Origin: Hemiscyllium ocellatum
Lineage: Eukaryota
Reading direction: 5' to 3'
Assembly: GCF_020745735.1 (NCBI RefSeq)
Contig: NC_083422.1
Span: forward strand, 16,058,001 to 16,122,000
DNA length: 64,000 nucleotides
The notes below the pieces were generated by a model. It saw nothing but the letters and a program-made list of their open reading frames with translations. It was not told the origin of the DNA and did no database searches. Of this stretch, positions 62,356 through 64,000 are shown piece after piece; positions within the stretch are counted from its first letter, which is position 1, and each line of letters opens with the position of its first letter. A program made the translations under genes and the position numbers.

Positions 62356-63554
62356 CCTTCTATTATTGTGTTTTACAGATAACGTAGCCATTGATGAGTG
62401 TTTCTGTAGCAGATCTGCTGAGCCAGACGTAGAACCAGGCAATATTGTGAAGACAGAAGGAAGTGATCTTGGTTTGACTGAGTGGATATGTGGTCGGAAA
62501 CTTAGGGTGGAAGTTTCCAGACACTGTAGCCTTGGGAATGCAGGCAGGACACCGGGAAGATCAAAGGATGTAATTTTGGGATGGTTGCCATCAGACTGCT
62601 GCCATTAAGAATGTCTATGCTGAACATAAACCCAAACTAAACTAGTCCCACTTGCCTGCTCCAGGCCCATATCCTTCCAAACCTTTCCCATCCACCTACT
62701 CACCTAAGGGTCTTTTAATGTTGTAACTATGCCCACATCCACCACTTCCTCAGGAAATTCATTACATATATTCTGTGTAAAAAAAATTGACCTATCATAT
62801 TTATTTTTCTCTCCGCTCACCTTAACAATATTCCCTCTAGTCTTGAAGTCCCCATCCTAGAAAAAGGACACCTATCTATTTCTCTTTATCTATTTCTCTC
62901 ATCTGGGGATGGGCCGGAATGGGGATTAGCTACTTGGAGAAACCAACCTGCATATTTAAGGCTTTGATCAGGAGTCATTCAGAGCACTCTTGATCTTTTA
63001 CTGTTGGTGGGCATCCCTGGGGCATTCCAAAGGACTATCAGTGCTGGCAGAGTCAGTGCAACCCTGTCCTCTACTACTGTCCTTCTTGAGTCTCTGCATT
63101 CCTCTCATTACCAGTTGTTCCAAACCTTTGGCTATAATCCTTGTAGCATTGTAGCAGTCCCTTCAGCTTCGACCTGAGCTCTGATATTGCTGCCTAAACC
63201 TCAACATCACTTTGCCATCCTTCTTTAAGATGTTCCTTAAAAACTGCCTTTTTTAAAAATTCAAAGTAATGCACCATATGCTTCTGGATTCTTTACAGTG
63301 ATTGATGCTGTTACAGTGAGGTGTTTGTCTCTAACTCCAAATTGTCAATATCAATGAGAAACAAAAATGATCCGGCCCTAATCTTTGTTCAGCACTGAAT
63401 TTAATCCTATTCCATTCTGAATAACTTGGCACTGATCCAGATTCTGCTTTTTATATTTTTTTAAGCAATGTGGCTTCCACACAGTTATTTATTCTGTATC
63501 CTCACACTCTACACTTCATCATGAACCTATGATGTGGAACTTAATGAAACGACA

Positions 63555-63768
63555 ACGGATGAATGGGCATCGCACAACAATCGACAGACAGGAGGGTTCC
63601 CTCCCAGTTGGGGAACACTTCAGTGGTCCAGGACATTCAGCCTCGGATCTTCGGGTGACCATCCTCCAAGGTGGACTTCGGGACAGGAAGCAGAGGAAAG
63701 TGGCCGAGCAGAGGCTGAGAGCTAAGTTCGGTACCCATAGGGAGGGCCTCAACCGGGACCTTGGGTTT
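63555..63768 (+). mobile_element. Penelope-like GIY-YIG C-terminal fragment
   Basis: QRMNGHR...PVGEHFSGPGH...AEQRLRAKFGTHREGLNRDLG. Confidence 0.8.
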
Positions 63769-64000
63769 TTAGATTAGATTTACAGTGTGGAAACAGGCCC
63801 TTCGGCCCAACAAGTCCACACCGACCCACCGAAGCGAAACCCACCCATACCCCTACATTTTACCCCTTACCTAACACTACGGACAATTTAGCATGGCCAA
63901 TTCACCTGACCCGCACATCTTTGGACTGTGGGAGGAAACCGGAGCACCCGGAGGAAACCCACGCTGACACGGGGAGAACGTGCAAACTCCACACAGTCAG
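63769..64000 (-). mobile_element. HE1 V-SINE (runs off the window)
   Basis: Near-identical to 15370-15681. Confidence 0.9.

Noticed and set aside
1-64000. Exons of the usual neighbours LIPA, CH25H or SLC16A12
   Set aside because: None recognised by eye; small exons could be missed, and tBLASTn would settle it.

Overview
Vertebrate, repeat-rich DNA. HE1 V-SINEs, HER1/CR1 LINEs, a Deu-domain SINE and Penelope-like elements point to a cartilaginous fish (shark; species not determinable here). The window holds an IFIT (interferon-induced TPR protein) cluster undergoing birth and death. Three IFIT genes are intact, each with a 5-nt coding exon 1 (ATG+2 nt, phase-2 intron) and one large exon 2: A (+, 3670-3674/4023-5463, 481 aa), B (+, 21016-21020/23129-24569, 481 aa) and C (-, 53771-53767/51746-50333, 472 aa). 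Relics are a C-like pseudogene (exon 1 at 36217, truncated exon 2 at ~38407-39230), an orphan promoter/exon 1 with a dead ATG and donor (~25830-26520), and an exon-2 fragment inside intron 1 of B. A and B are a mosaic: ~93% and ~91% identical at the ends but ~67% in a central block, with unrelated flanks. The paralogues also differ at residues aligned to the RNA 5'-triphosphate pocket. A second theme is short, TSD-flanked, self-complementary Penelope-derived insertions with hammerhead-ribozyme-like cores on both strands. Identities are hand counts, repeat boundaries are approximate, and repeat family names come from recalled consensus, not a database search.
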